This document shows, one piece after another, positions 18,233 through 26,944 of a DNA stretch of 64,000 bases. The stretch comes from an uncultured Anaerolineaceae bacterium (lineage in GTDB: Bacteria > Chloroflexota > Anaerolineae > Anaerolineales > Villigracilaceae): the NCBI GenBank assembly GCA_964621295.1, contig CAZULT010000003.1, forward strand, positions 70 through 64,069, given 5' to 3'. The translations under genes and the position numbers were made by a program. A model generated the notes under the pieces. It did no database searches and had not been told where the DNA came from. It saw only the letters and a list, made by a program, of their open reading frames with translations. Position 1 is the stretch's first letter. Each line of letters begins with the position of its first letter.

Positions 18233-18748
18233 ATGGACAACGCCTTCAATCTACTTTTAGTGATCCTGTTCGGCGGCATCAGCCTGCTGGCATTCTTTGC
18301 CACGCTGGTACTGCTCCTTCCGAAACCAATCATGCAAACACAGCAGGTACTGGAAACCTCTGGGGGCAGATCCCTTTTACTCGGGCTGGTGAATTTCATC
18401 TTTTTTGGGATGCTTGCCACTCTGGGAGTTTGGTTGGGTGAAAAGACTGGTGGCCTCCTGGCGGGAATTTTCGTGGTGCTATCCAGTATTATCATCCTGG
18501 CGATAGCATTCCTTACATTGATCGGTCTGGTGGCTCTGGCGAACCTGCTCGGAACCCGAATAGGGAAGAAATCCACCCCCTTCGTTACCATCTTGCGCGG
18601 AGGCGGCTTGCTGATCTTGGCTGCTTTGGCCCCATATGTTGGCTGGTTCCTGTTTGCACCACTCGCTGTCTGGGCCTCATTCGGTGGGGCGATCTCTGCC
18701 CTTATTCGCAAACGGAAGAGCGAAACCACTGCCAAAGGCTCAGCTTAA
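18233..18748 (+). CDS. hypothetical 4-TM membrane protein
   Basis: Hydrophobic 171-aa ORF embedded between the lipoprotein genes on the same strand. Confidence 0.65.
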   Translation: MDNAFNLLLVILFGGISLLAFFATLVLLLPKPIMQTQQVLETSGGRSLLLGLVNFIFFGMLATLGVWLGEKTGGLLAGIFVVLSSIIILAIAFLTLIGLVALANLLGTRIGKKSTPFVTILRGGGLLILAALAPYVGWFLFAPLAVWASFGGAISALIRKRKSETTAKGSA

Positions 18749-18757
18749 GTCACGCAA

Positions 18758-20293
18758 GTGAAACGTATACTGTTTGCATCCCTAGTCCTGTTACTCATAA
18801 TTCTTGCTTGTGGGCAGCCATCAACACAGATAGAAGATGACACCTACTCTTTGACTGTTGGAGAGTGGACAGCTTTTACGAAAGATGGATTCAGCGTGGA
18901 CCTCCCCTCTGATTGGAGTGAAATTACATCCAATGATGAGCAAGTTCTGTATAGTGTAAGTGATGATACAGCCTCGGTATGGATCAAATCCTGGCCGTTG
19001 ATTCCCAGCCTGGTTGCAAAAGGCGTCCATGAATGGACCATTGGAAATGAGAATGCAATGCTGCTCGACGAATCCGGAAGTGCAGAGAGAGTCCAAATTG
19101 ATCTAGCACTCACTGAAAATTTCAGTGCGCTGCGCTTGAGCAGCATTTTGATCTACTGTGATGCGAAAACGTATGAAGTAACAGGTGTTGCAGTTGAGGA
19201 TAATTTCCAGGATTATTCAGATTTGTTTGCGCAGGCACAGAATTCAGCTATGTGCACATCGGACGAGGTCGCCCCACTCATTGAAAGTGGGGCGCTTGGT
19301 ATGATCATCATCCCACCAACAGTGGATGGTGAAAATTTCAACCCAGCAGCCTATCAAAGTGCACTGGCATTGGCCCGCAGAAGCGGCGTTCAAGTCTCCC
19401 ATTACTATTTTCATTGGGGTGATATCGAAAAAGAGCCTGGCAACTATGATTGGACGATTCCAGATTTCATTGTCGAAGCAAATGCTCTTGAAGGTTTCCA
19501 GCTCTCGATAGTAGTAAGCATCATCCACACCACGGTACGTGGACGAATCCCCAGCGACCTGATCGGCTTGCCTTTTAATGACCCGGTTTTTGTACAGCGC
19601 CTTAGTGGATTCCTATCAGCATTTGCGAATCGTTATGCCGGACGCTTGCATTACCTTTCAATAGGTAATGAGGTAAACGATTACTTCGCTGGTCACCGTG
19701 ATGAGATTCCCGCTTATGCTTTCGCGTTCGAGCAAACACGCGATGCCATCCACACAGTAAATCCTGATCTTCCTGTAGGGATCGTCTTTGCCTACCACGA
19801 CGCCGAGACGCTGAATACAACCGATGTCATCCAGCAACTCAATCGCGGGGACTATATCGCCTACACTATGTATCTCTATAACCAGGGGTTTCACTTTCGG
19901 CGAGATCCTGCCGAGATCGGCGACTACCTGGATCGCATGGTTTCTCTGGCAGCCGGCAAACCTGTAGTGATCGTGGAAACAGGTTGGAGCACTGCTCCTG
20001 AGCTGGAAGGCTCAGAAGATGGGCAGGCAGAATATGTACGTCAACTTTTTGCTGCTTTGTCTGAAAGACGAGAAGATATCCGTTTTGTCAGCTGGTTTGT
20101 CCTGCACGATCCGCAACAGGAAACATGCGAATCTGACGCACTGACTTTTTTTGAGCCTAGAACCGAACCTGATCAAGATTCTATGCAAGCCTTCGTTACT
20201 TTTATTTGTCACTTTGGCTTGCGGTACTCTGACGGGACTCCAAAACAAGGCTGGGATGTTTTGGAGCAGCAGGTTGAGGAATATTACAAATGA
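18758..20293 (+). CDS. lipoprotein with C-terminal clan GH-A-like glycoside hydrolase domain (putative)
   Basis: GTG start. Signal MKRILFASLVLLLIILAC. LSIGNEVNDY (NE acid/base motif) and VVIVETGWS (nucleophile Glu) are typical of GH5/GH53-like TIM barrels. Confidence 0.65.
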   Translation: MKRILFASLVLLLIILACGQPSTQIEDDTYSLTVGEWTAFTKDGFSVDLPSDWSEITSNDEQVLYSVSDDTASVWIKSWPLIPSLVAKGVHEWTIGNENAMLLDESGSAERVQIDLALTENFSALRLSSILIYCDAKTYEVTGVAVEDNFQDYSDLFAQAQNSAMCTSDEVAPLIESGALGMIIIPPTVDGENFNPAAYQSALALARRSGVQVSHYYFHWGDIEKEPGNYDWTIPDFIVEANALEGFQLSIVVSIIHTTVRGRIPSDLIGLPFNDPVFVQRLSGFLSAFANRYAGRLHYLSIGNEVNDYFAGHRDEIPAYAFAFEQTRDAIHTVNPDLPVGIVFAYHDAETLNTTDVIQQLNRGDYIAYTMYLYNQGFHFRRDPAEIGDYLDRMVSLAAGKPVVIVETGWSTAPELEGSEDGQAEYVRQLFAALSERREDIRFVSWFVLHDPQQETCESDALTFFEPRTEPDQDSMQAFVTFICHFGLRYSDGTPKQGWDVLEQQVEEYYK

Positions 20294-21468
20294 GACGTAC
20301 GCTCACTTCTCTGATAGCCATTCTGCTCATCTCCCTGGCATGTTCGTCTCAGGGGAATGCTCCGCCAACGCCAATTCCAAGCGGAGTTCTGATCCATGAG
20401 ATCCCGACGAACATGGATATCATCTTCGACTCAATTCGCTATGTGCTAAACGATATCGCCTGTCTCAATAAGAATTATGAGGTAGATAAGGGCTTCATCA
20501 ATTTACCGGGTTGCAATGCCAAAATTTATGATCCCGAAGATAACGGACTTGCATCTCCAAGGCAGTTATTTGCAATGGATGTTGAAACGGGAGAAGTCGC
20601 CCAAATAACAAACACAGATTGTTCTTACGTGCTTGGACAAGTTGTGGATCCAACAACTCTGATGACATTGGCAATTTGCTCTGACACCGACAATAATGGA
20701 AAAATCAATGAAAAAGACACATCGGAACTATATTTTTTAGATTTAGCTTTGGGGGAAATGGAATGCCTCACCTGCAACCTCGGGGTAACCAGCATAAACA
20801 ATGCTGACTATTCTCAAGCAAACAAAAAGATAGTCTTTTCAGCTCAGCATAGCACGTTATTTCATAATTATCTTTTTAGTATTGACGCAGACAAGAATCT
20901 CACGCAAATAACCGACCAATCCGAATATATGGATTTCGATTGTTCGTGGTCTGAGGATGGCTCAAAAATCGTCTTCAGCAGGCTTCCTGCCCCTTGGTTC
21001 TCAACGCCCTCACAGGTATGGTTGATGGAAACAGATGGAACTAACCAGGAAAGAATCACTGAAGGTGGCCCTAACCCCAACAATGAAGAAAACCATGGGC
21101 CGTATCCGATTGGGATCGATGCTGATCCGGACCTGAGCCCTGATAATAAAAAGATCGTTTTTTCAAGGTTAAGATCCGGCAAAGAAAACATTCCCTTTGG
21201 GGTCTATGAATTGATCGTTGTGGATGTTGATACAAAAGAGGTCCAAATCCTTGATTCGCAGTACGCCAACATGATACCGCAGTGGAAATCCAATGGTATT
21301 TTGATAAACCGACAGATTGGCGTGTCTAATGCGAGCGATATAAAAGCTATGAATATGAAGCAGAATTTAGTTGTCTACAGGGATGGAGAATTTATGGAAC
21401 TCGAAGAATTTCCCTTTAATATATTTCCCATAGGCGCTTACGGGGGATATTGGATTGAACAGGAATAA
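20290..21468 (+). CDS. lipoprotein with TolB-like PD40 beta-propeller repeats
   Basis: ATGA overlap with the upstream gene. Signal LIAILLISLAC. Repeats KKIVFSAQ, WSEDGSKIVFSR, DLSPDNKKIVFSR. Confidence 0.75.
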   Translation: MRRTLTSLIAILLISLACSSQGNAPPTPIPSGVLIHEIPTNMDIIFDSIRYVLNDIACLNKNYEVDKGFINLPGCNAKIYDPEDNGLASPRQLFAMDVETGEVAQITNTDCSYVLGQVVDPTTLMTLAICSDTDNNGKINEKDTSELYFLDLALGEMECLTCNLGVTSINNADYSQANKKIVFSAQHSTLFHNYLFSIDADKNLTQITDQSEYMDFDCSWSEDGSKIVFSRLPAPWFSTPSQVWLMETDGTNQERITEGGPNPNNEENHGPYPIGIDADPDLSPDNKKIVFSRLRSGKENIPFGVYELIVVDVDTKEVQILDSQYANMIPQWKSNGILINRQIGVSNASDIKAMNMKQNLVVYRDGEFMELEEFPFNIFPIGAYGGYWIEQE

Positions 21469-21482
21469 ATAATGGGAAAATC

Positions 21483-22445
21483 ATGATGTGTAGAAGAGTT
21501 CTACTCCTGTTTTCTTGGATAATTCTCATCGTTCTAACCGGATGTTCTGGTGACAATGGCGGTAATGAAATCCTAGCCAGGGAAGTAAAAATACCTGCGG
21601 ATTCTGTTAAGGTGATGCCAGAGACGGATCTGTATCCTCCACAATTACATTCAGATACCTGGGAAGAACCTATCCCAATGCCGGGTTTCGTCAACACTGC
21701 GGGAATAGAAGATTCTCCATTCGTCACATCGGATGGGAATGAATTCTATTTCACGTTTGTTCCTGATGTGAGAGTTCCTCCTGAAAAGCAGCTCATTGAT
21801 GGCGTGACAGGTTCATACGTTTCCACGCTACAGGGCGCCGGGTGGAGCCAGCCAGAAAGAGTTGTTCTGAATGATGATCTATCCCTGGATAGGTGTGAGT
21901 GTCTCCAGGGTAATATCTTGTGGGTCTGTTCGGTACGTAAGGGGAATTACAGAAGCGTCGATATGTATACCACTGAATTTGTGGAAGGCAAATGGAGCCA
22001 CTGGCAAAACGCCGGGAAAAGATTGAATGAGCAAATTGCCATAGGCGAAATGCATATCACTGTCGACGGAAGTGAAATCTATTTCGATGCCGATAGATCT
22101 GAAGGAAAAGAGGGCCACGATATCTGGGTGACCAGAAAAGTGAACGATGAGTGGCAAATTCCTAAGAACGTTGCAGCTGTCAACACAGAAGAAAACGAGA
22201 TTCGCCCCTTCATCACACAGGATGGCAGCGAACTGTGGTTCAGTCGTCGGTATATGGGTTCTCCTGCAATTTTTCGATCTATGAATATTGGTGGTGAATG
22301 GGGAGATCCTGAGCTTATCATCTCGCAATTTGCAGCCGAGCCGTCGTTGGACGAGCAAGGCGATATCTATTTTGCCCACCATTTCATCGAAAATGGCAGC
22401 ATGCTAGAGGGAGATATCTATGTGGCATATAAAAAAGATGAATAA
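21483..22445 (+). CDS. lipoprotein, PD40/TolB-like propeller (tandem paralog 1)
   Basis: Signal ...IILIVLTGC. Repeats FVTSDGNEFYFT, ITVDGSEIYFDADR, FITQDGSELWFSR, DEQGDIYFAHH. Confidence 0.75.
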   Translation: MMCRRVLLLFSWIILIVLTGCSGDNGGNEILAREVKIPADSVKVMPETDLYPPQLHSDTWEEPIPMPGFVNTAGIEDSPFVTSDGNEFYFTFVPDVRVPPEKQLIDGVTGSYVSTLQGAGWSQPERVVLNDDLSLDRCECLQGNILWVCSVRKGNYRSVDMYTTEFVEGKWSHWQNAGKRLNEQIAIGEMHITVDGSEIYFDADRSEGKEGHDIWVTRKVNDEWQIPKNVAAVNTEENEIRPFITQDGSELWFSRRYMGSPAIFRSMNIGGEWGDPELIISQFAAEPSLDEQGDIYFAHHFIENGSMLEGDIYVAYKKDE

Positions 22446-23403
22446 AAGACTTAGTATATGGCTTATTGCACTAGTTATGATTAGCAGTTGTAGTGGTGTA
22501 ACACCACAATCCCTACCTCTCTCCCCCCCTCCCGACCGGGAAAGTCTGATACCTGCCGGGCAAACCAAGATGCGACCAGAGATGGACCAATACCCCCTGG
22601 TGTCTTTGACAGACGAGTATGAGAACCCCGTTCCGCTACCATACCCGGTGAATACCGCTGGCGCTGAGGATTCGGCTTTCATGCTGCCTGATGGAAAGAC
22701 ACTGTACGTATGGTTCACTCCTGATGTCAGCAAACCCCCTGAAGAACAGGTCATAGACAATGTCACGGGTATCTATGTCTTTCACAGGGTTGGTGAGGGC
22801 TGGAGCGCTGCAGAAAGGGTGAACTTGCAGGACCCGGGGAAACTCGCACTGGATGGTTGCGAATTTATCCTCGGCGATATCATGTGGTTTTGTTCTGCCA
22901 GGGAAGGATATACCGGTTTGCACTGGTTTACGGCGGAATTTAGGGAAGGAAAGTGGGGGAACTGGTCCCTTGCTGATTTCAACCCTGAATATGAGGTCGG
23001 CGAATTACACATCACGGCAGGCGGGAAAGAACTCTTCTTCCATTCCGCCCGGCCTGGTGGTGCCGGCCAGTATGACATTTGGGTTTCCGAAAATATCAAC
23101 GGGGAATGGGGTCAGCCGGAGAATATCGCCATCGTCAATTCGCCCTATACTGATGGCTGGCCTTTCGTCTCTCAAGATGGCTCCGAGCTATGGTTTACCC
23201 GGGCAATTGGCGCGCCCGAGCTGTATCGCTCGAAAAGGGTGGCTGGAGAATGGACCGCGCCGGAGAAGATGTTCTCGTTATTTTCCGGCGAGTCTTCCAT
23301 GGACAACGAAGGAAATATCTACTTCACCCACCATTTTTATAAGGATGACGTCATGCTTGAAGCCGACATTTACATCGCCAGGAAACGAACAAAGGGGCAG
23401 TGA
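22438..23403 (+). CDS. lipoprotein, PD40/TolB-like propeller (tandem paralog 2)
   Basis: Start taken at MNKRLSIWLIALVMISSC, an 8-nt overlap with the upstream gene. Colinear with 21483-22445 (NTAG.EDS, DG..L.F, GEW..PE, G.IYF.HHF). Confidence 0.75.
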   Translation: MNKRLSIWLIALVMISSCSGVTPQSLPLSPPPDRESLIPAGQTKMRPEMDQYPLVSLTDEYENPVPLPYPVNTAGAEDSAFMLPDGKTLYVWFTPDVSKPPEEQVIDNVTGIYVFHRVGEGWSAAERVNLQDPGKLALDGCEFILGDIMWFCSAREGYTGLHWFTAEFREGKWGNWSLADFNPEYEVGELHITAGGKELFFHSARPGGAGQYDIWVSENINGEWGQPENIAIVNSPYTDGWPFVSQDGSELWFTRAIGAPELYRSKRVAGEWTAPEKMFSLFSGESSMDNEGNIYFTHHFYKDDVMLEADIYIARKRTKGQ

Positions 23404-23588
23404 CCGCCATCCTGGCTGGGTATTTGTTTGCCAATGCTGGAAGGCCTTATGATTTTAATACCACCTGGTGAATGGAGGGGTCCTAGTTTCAAAGGAAAGT
23501 GCCGAATCTCCTTCTAGTTGTAGATGCTATTGACATCGTTTCAATTGAAAAATCGTTCGCTTTATGAGGAGTGGATCATCTGCTCGCC

Positions 23589-24695
23589 CTACTGGCATCC
23601 GTTTTGCAAATGCTCCTCAAATGTCACGGCAAACACATGCATTCCGGAACCGTCACATCGCGCACGAAAGTAATAGTAGGGGGTTTGCGCCGGGAATGCG
23701 ACCGCGCGTAAGGCGGTCAGGGAAGGATTGGCGATCGGGCCAGGGGGTAATCCCGAATACAGGTACGTATTGTAAGGCGAATCGATTTGCAAATCCTCCG
23801 CTGAAAGCGGATTGGTCCACCACGAGGCCTGAAGCGGATCATAACCCAGCGCGTATTGCACAGTTGGATCGGAATCCAGCTTCATGCCCTGTTGCAGGCG
23901 GTTGTAGAACACCGAGGCGATCTGAGGTTGCTCCTCTTGCACGACTGCTTCGCGCTGCACGAGTGAGGCCAGTGTCACTGACTGGAAAACGTCCAGGCCC
24001 TGGCGGGCAAACCCTTCGCGAATATCGGTTGTTAGGTGCAGGGCGAATGCACGCGTGAATTCGCCTAACAGGTCTTCCGCATCGATATCGCGAGGCAGAA
24101 TGTATGCTTCTGGAAAAAGGAATCCTTCTGACGATCCGGGTACGGACATGGACTCCAGGTCGGCTGGCGCTTTTCGGGCCACTGACAGGAATTCATCAGG
24201 ACTGATCTGCAGGCCTGAAGTGGGTAGAGAAACTGCGATCTCCTCCAGACGCCATCCCGGCAGGATCACAAAGGTCACCTGTTCGGGGGTCGCATCCTGT
24301 AATTCGTGAGCGATATCCACAATGGAGAGAGCCGGACTGAGCTGGTATGTTCCTGCCTGGAGGGTGGTGTCCAACCCAGAATACACTAAATAATCCCGAA
24401 ATGCACTCGCATTGCGGATCAACCCGACTTCTTCAAGACGTATCGCAATGGAAAGCACCCCTTCTCCAGGTTCGATGACAAACGGTTGGACAGCGCCATC
24501 GCGATTGATAGGTTGGCTCAATTGTCCCCCGTACCAGAGCAATCGTGCTGCAAACTCTATTTGGTCGAAAACTTCGAGCCGCGGGCTGGGAGGTCCGTAA
24601 AGTCGTGTTGCTTGAGCAGGAATCCACCAGAGCAGCCCGACCAGGGTTCCAAGAAGTCCCAGTAGGATGAGCGCCGTCAAATTGCGTCGGGCCAT
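23589..24695 (-). CDS. mltG: endolytic murein transglycosylase MltG (YceG-like)
   Basis: Start at MARRNLTALILLGLL (TM anchor). YceG motifs include the catalytic-Glu region TLASLVQREA and C-terminal SPYNTY...GLPPGPI. The ORF track extension to 24866 overlaps ruvX. Confidence 0.9.
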   Translation of the reverse strand: MARRNLTALILLGLLGTLVGLLWWIPAQATRLYGPPSPRLEVFDQIEFAARLLWYGGQLSQPINRDGAVQPFVIEPGEGVLSIAIRLEEVGLIRNASAFRDYLVYSGLDTTLQAGTYQLSPALSIVDIAHELQDATPEQVTFVILPGWRLEEIAVSLPTSGLQISPDEFLSVARKAPADLESMSVPGSSEGFLFPEAYILPRDIDAEDLLGEFTRAFALHLTTDIREGFARQGLDVFQSVTLASLVQREAVVQEEQPQIASVFYNRLQQGMKLDSDPTVQYALGYDPLQASWWTNPLSAEDLQIDSPYNTYLYSGLPPGPIANPSLTALRAVAFPAQTPYYYFRARCDGSGMHVFAVTFEEHLQNGCQ

Positions 24696-24703
24696 GCGAA
24701 TCG

Positions 24704-25120
24704 CTATGTCTCCTGTGCGTCGAGATAGGATTGAAGGATGATCGTGGCCGCCAGCGCATCCAGGTGGCCGCCTCGTTGCTTTTTTGAAGCTCCCATACGG
24801 ATACGCGCGGCGCGCGCTTCCTGGGTGCTGAAGGATTCGTCCCAGAATCCAACAGGCACCTTGCACTTGCTGCGCAGGGCTTCAGCAAAATGCGCCGCGC
24901 GGTGGCCGGCCAGATTGGGTTCTCCCGTATCAAGATAGGATTGGCCGACGACGATCAGGTCTACAGCATGTTCCTCCACAAGTGCAAGTACACGGTCAGC
25001 ATCGTCATCACGGGAGACATGAGGAAGTACACTCAGCGGGTTCGCGATCGTTCCGGTCGGATCGCTAAGCGCCAGACCTATCTTCTTCTCCCCATGATCC
25101 ACGGCTAGAACCCTCATCAA
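24704..25120 (-). CDS. ruvX: Holliday-junction-resolvase-like / pre-16S rRNA nuclease RuvX (YqgF)
   Basis: MRVLAVDHGEKKIGLALSD N-terminus. 138 aa. Classical ruvX-mltG adjacency. Confidence 0.92.
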   Translation of the reverse strand: MMRVLAVDHGEKKIGLALSDPTGTIANPLSVLPHVSRDDDADRVLALVEEHAVDLIVVGQSYLDTGEPNLAGHRAAHFAEALRSKCKVPVGFWDESFSTQEARAARIRMGASKKQRGGHLDALAATIILQSYLDAQET

Positions 25121-25173
25121 ATCCTCTCAGGCGAAGGTGATGGCAAGCGACAAGAGTGACAATAACAAATCAT

Positions 25174-26664
25174 TTATTGAAACTCGAAGGAGTACCTCAA
25201 TGGGTTGAGCGGCATCCAGGGCCACCAGGCAGGCGAGATCTGGATCACCGGGGGAGAACGCAATGGCAGTACGGAGATAAGCCGATCGCTGGCTTCTTCA
25301 ACCCGGCGACCTTGCACAAGCAGGATGACCTGTCCGGTATCGATGCGCTTGACGATCCGGCGTGAGGCGCTCAGGTTCCAGGCAATCACACCCGGTCCAT
25401 CTGCGTGGAAAGGATTCTGGGATTCAAATTCAAGTGGGGTTTCAGCCACCACATAACCAGGCGGCAGTGAGGCGCCTAGCACACTGTTCGCCAATTCCGT
25501 TAAATCATCGCCTGAAATATAAGCGGCGCTGAATTCCACTTCCAATATTAGGGTCAATTTCTGTCCTGGTTGCCCAGCAGGCGGTTCGTATCTCTCTTCC
25601 AGGATTTGAGCCAACTCAACTGAATCCTTCAGGAATTCATCACCGCTCGCCTGCTCGTTCTCGAATCTGTCGAGGGCTTCAACCTGTAATTGATCCAAGA
25701 GCGTTTCCATCAATTGATTGCGGTCCTCATCCGTCGGCGCTTGCGCCAGGCGATTTTTTCCGCCTGAAGTGGATTCAGGATTGGTCACCACAGCAGATAA
25801 TCCAAGATTTCCCTCAATGGCCTGTATCGAATCTGCATCCACATTGCCATTCGCACCGGCTACTTCAGCCTGGATTGAAACCTCCATACTCTCATTAACA
25901 CCACCAGGCATTTGAGCCGATTCAACGGTTTCAAATCGCACTCCTGGCAAGCCAGAGGAGATCAGAATGGTCCCTACAGGGATACGCACTGGATTATCCG
26001 TCAGGTTACGAAAAATAACCGTTCCCTGTGCTTTCGTTTCTGGAAGAGCCAGAGTGCCGGTGGCAAACATCTCCTGCTTACCTGATACAATCACGCGCGC
26101 CAATCTCAATGGTACGCTCCCTGTAATAGACACCCTCCCAGCGGTCGCGTCTGCTTTTACGGGCAATGCAACCGATTGCATATCCATTTCCGGGCTAAGT
26201 GTCACGCGAGCTTGTGGGATGAACAACGATGCCACGGCCAGTACCGCCAGCACACCCAGCACAAACACTCCAAATCGGACCGGGAAATACTCACGCCACT
26301 TTCCCTCGCGACTTCGTACCTGCCTGCCATACTCCCTCAAATTCTTTCGTGGAGGTCTGTACGTACGCTTGGACACCGATTTTTCTGGCCAGGGGACCCG
26401 TTGCGCCTCTCCAGTTGAAATGAAGACGGGTAATCCGAGCGCGGAGGCCTCTCGACGGATATCGCGGTGCCGCGTGACCAGCCCCAACTGCGCGCCGAGT
26501 GATGTAGCATGTCGCTGGAGCACTTTCAGATCCAGCGGGCGTAAGGAGATGTTTTCCGAAGCAGGCCAGACGAGTAAAATCCGTGGCGTCTTCGCCCACG
26601 ACATGCGATCGCGTACTGAAACCAGGTCGTCGTGGGATTCGAGCGGGATAAGCTGAGTTTTCAT
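25174..26664 (-). CDS. membrane-anchored protein with baseplate J (gp47)-like extracytoplasmic region (putative)
   Basis: Start at the ATG at 26664 (MKTQLIPLESH). One TM helix (FGVFVLGVLAVLAVASLFI) at about aa 150. The central beta-rich region ends in ...NPESTSGGKNRLAQAPTDEDRNQL, which resembles the GG..E.D..LR.R signature of baseplate J proteins. Family assignment is from memory only. Confidence 0.5.
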   Translation of the reverse strand: MKTQLIPLESHDDLVSVRDRMSWAKTPRILLVWPASENISLRPLDLKVLQRHATSLGAQLGLVTRHRDIRREASALGLPVFISTGEAQRVPWPEKSVSKRTYRPPRKNLREYGRQVRSREGKWREYFPVRFGVFVLGVLAVLAVASLFIPQARVTLSPEMDMQSVALPVKADATAGRVSITGSVPLRLARVIVSGKQEMFATGTLALPETKAQGTVIFRNLTDNPVRIPVGTILISSGLPGVRFETVESAQMPGGVNESMEVSIQAEVAGANGNVDADSIQAIEGNLGLSAVVTNPESTSGGKNRLAQAPTDEDRNQLMETLLDQLQVEALDRFENEQASGDEFLKDSVELAQILEERYEPPAGQPGQKLTLILEVEFSAAYISGDDLTELANSVLGASLPPGYVVAETPLEFESQNPFHADGPGVIAWNLSASRRIVKRIDTGQVILLVQGRRVEEASDRLISVLPLRSPPVIQISPAWWPWMPLNPLRYSFEFQ

Positions 26665-26735
26665 GCAAGTATGATTATAACGTAGCAAGGGTACCCGAGA
26701 GGATATCCACTCAAAATGATACACAATCGATATTC

Positions 26736-26764
26736 TTGACTATTCTTCGATAATACTATATAAA
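26736..26764 (+). promoter_or_regulatory. candidate sigma-70 promoter of the amidohydrolase/peptide-ABC operon
   Basis: TTGACT (26736-26741), 17-nt spacer, TATAAA (26759-26764), in a strongly AT-rich 250-bp spacer upstream of the 26945 start. Confidence 0.45.
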
Positions 26765-26944
26765 TAAATTACGTCGTTTTCATTCATAATAAGCAAAAAA
26801 CGTTGCCGAAAACGACATAAATAGAAAGATTGTTGTCGTTTATTTACCGAAACGAAAAAGCAGGACTATTCAACAACAGCAGGAATAACCGGGCGAGCAT
26901 GCTAGCAACTTTCTGGTTGGTTGATCAATGAAAGAGGAGAGGCA

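Noticed and set aside
23539-23550. Perfect 12-bp palindrome TTTCAATTGAAA between the convergent 22438 and mltG genes
   Set aside because: It is AT-rich and short. About 15 perfect 6+6 palindromes are expected by chance in 64 kb. There is no flanking GC stem or U-tract to call a terminator.
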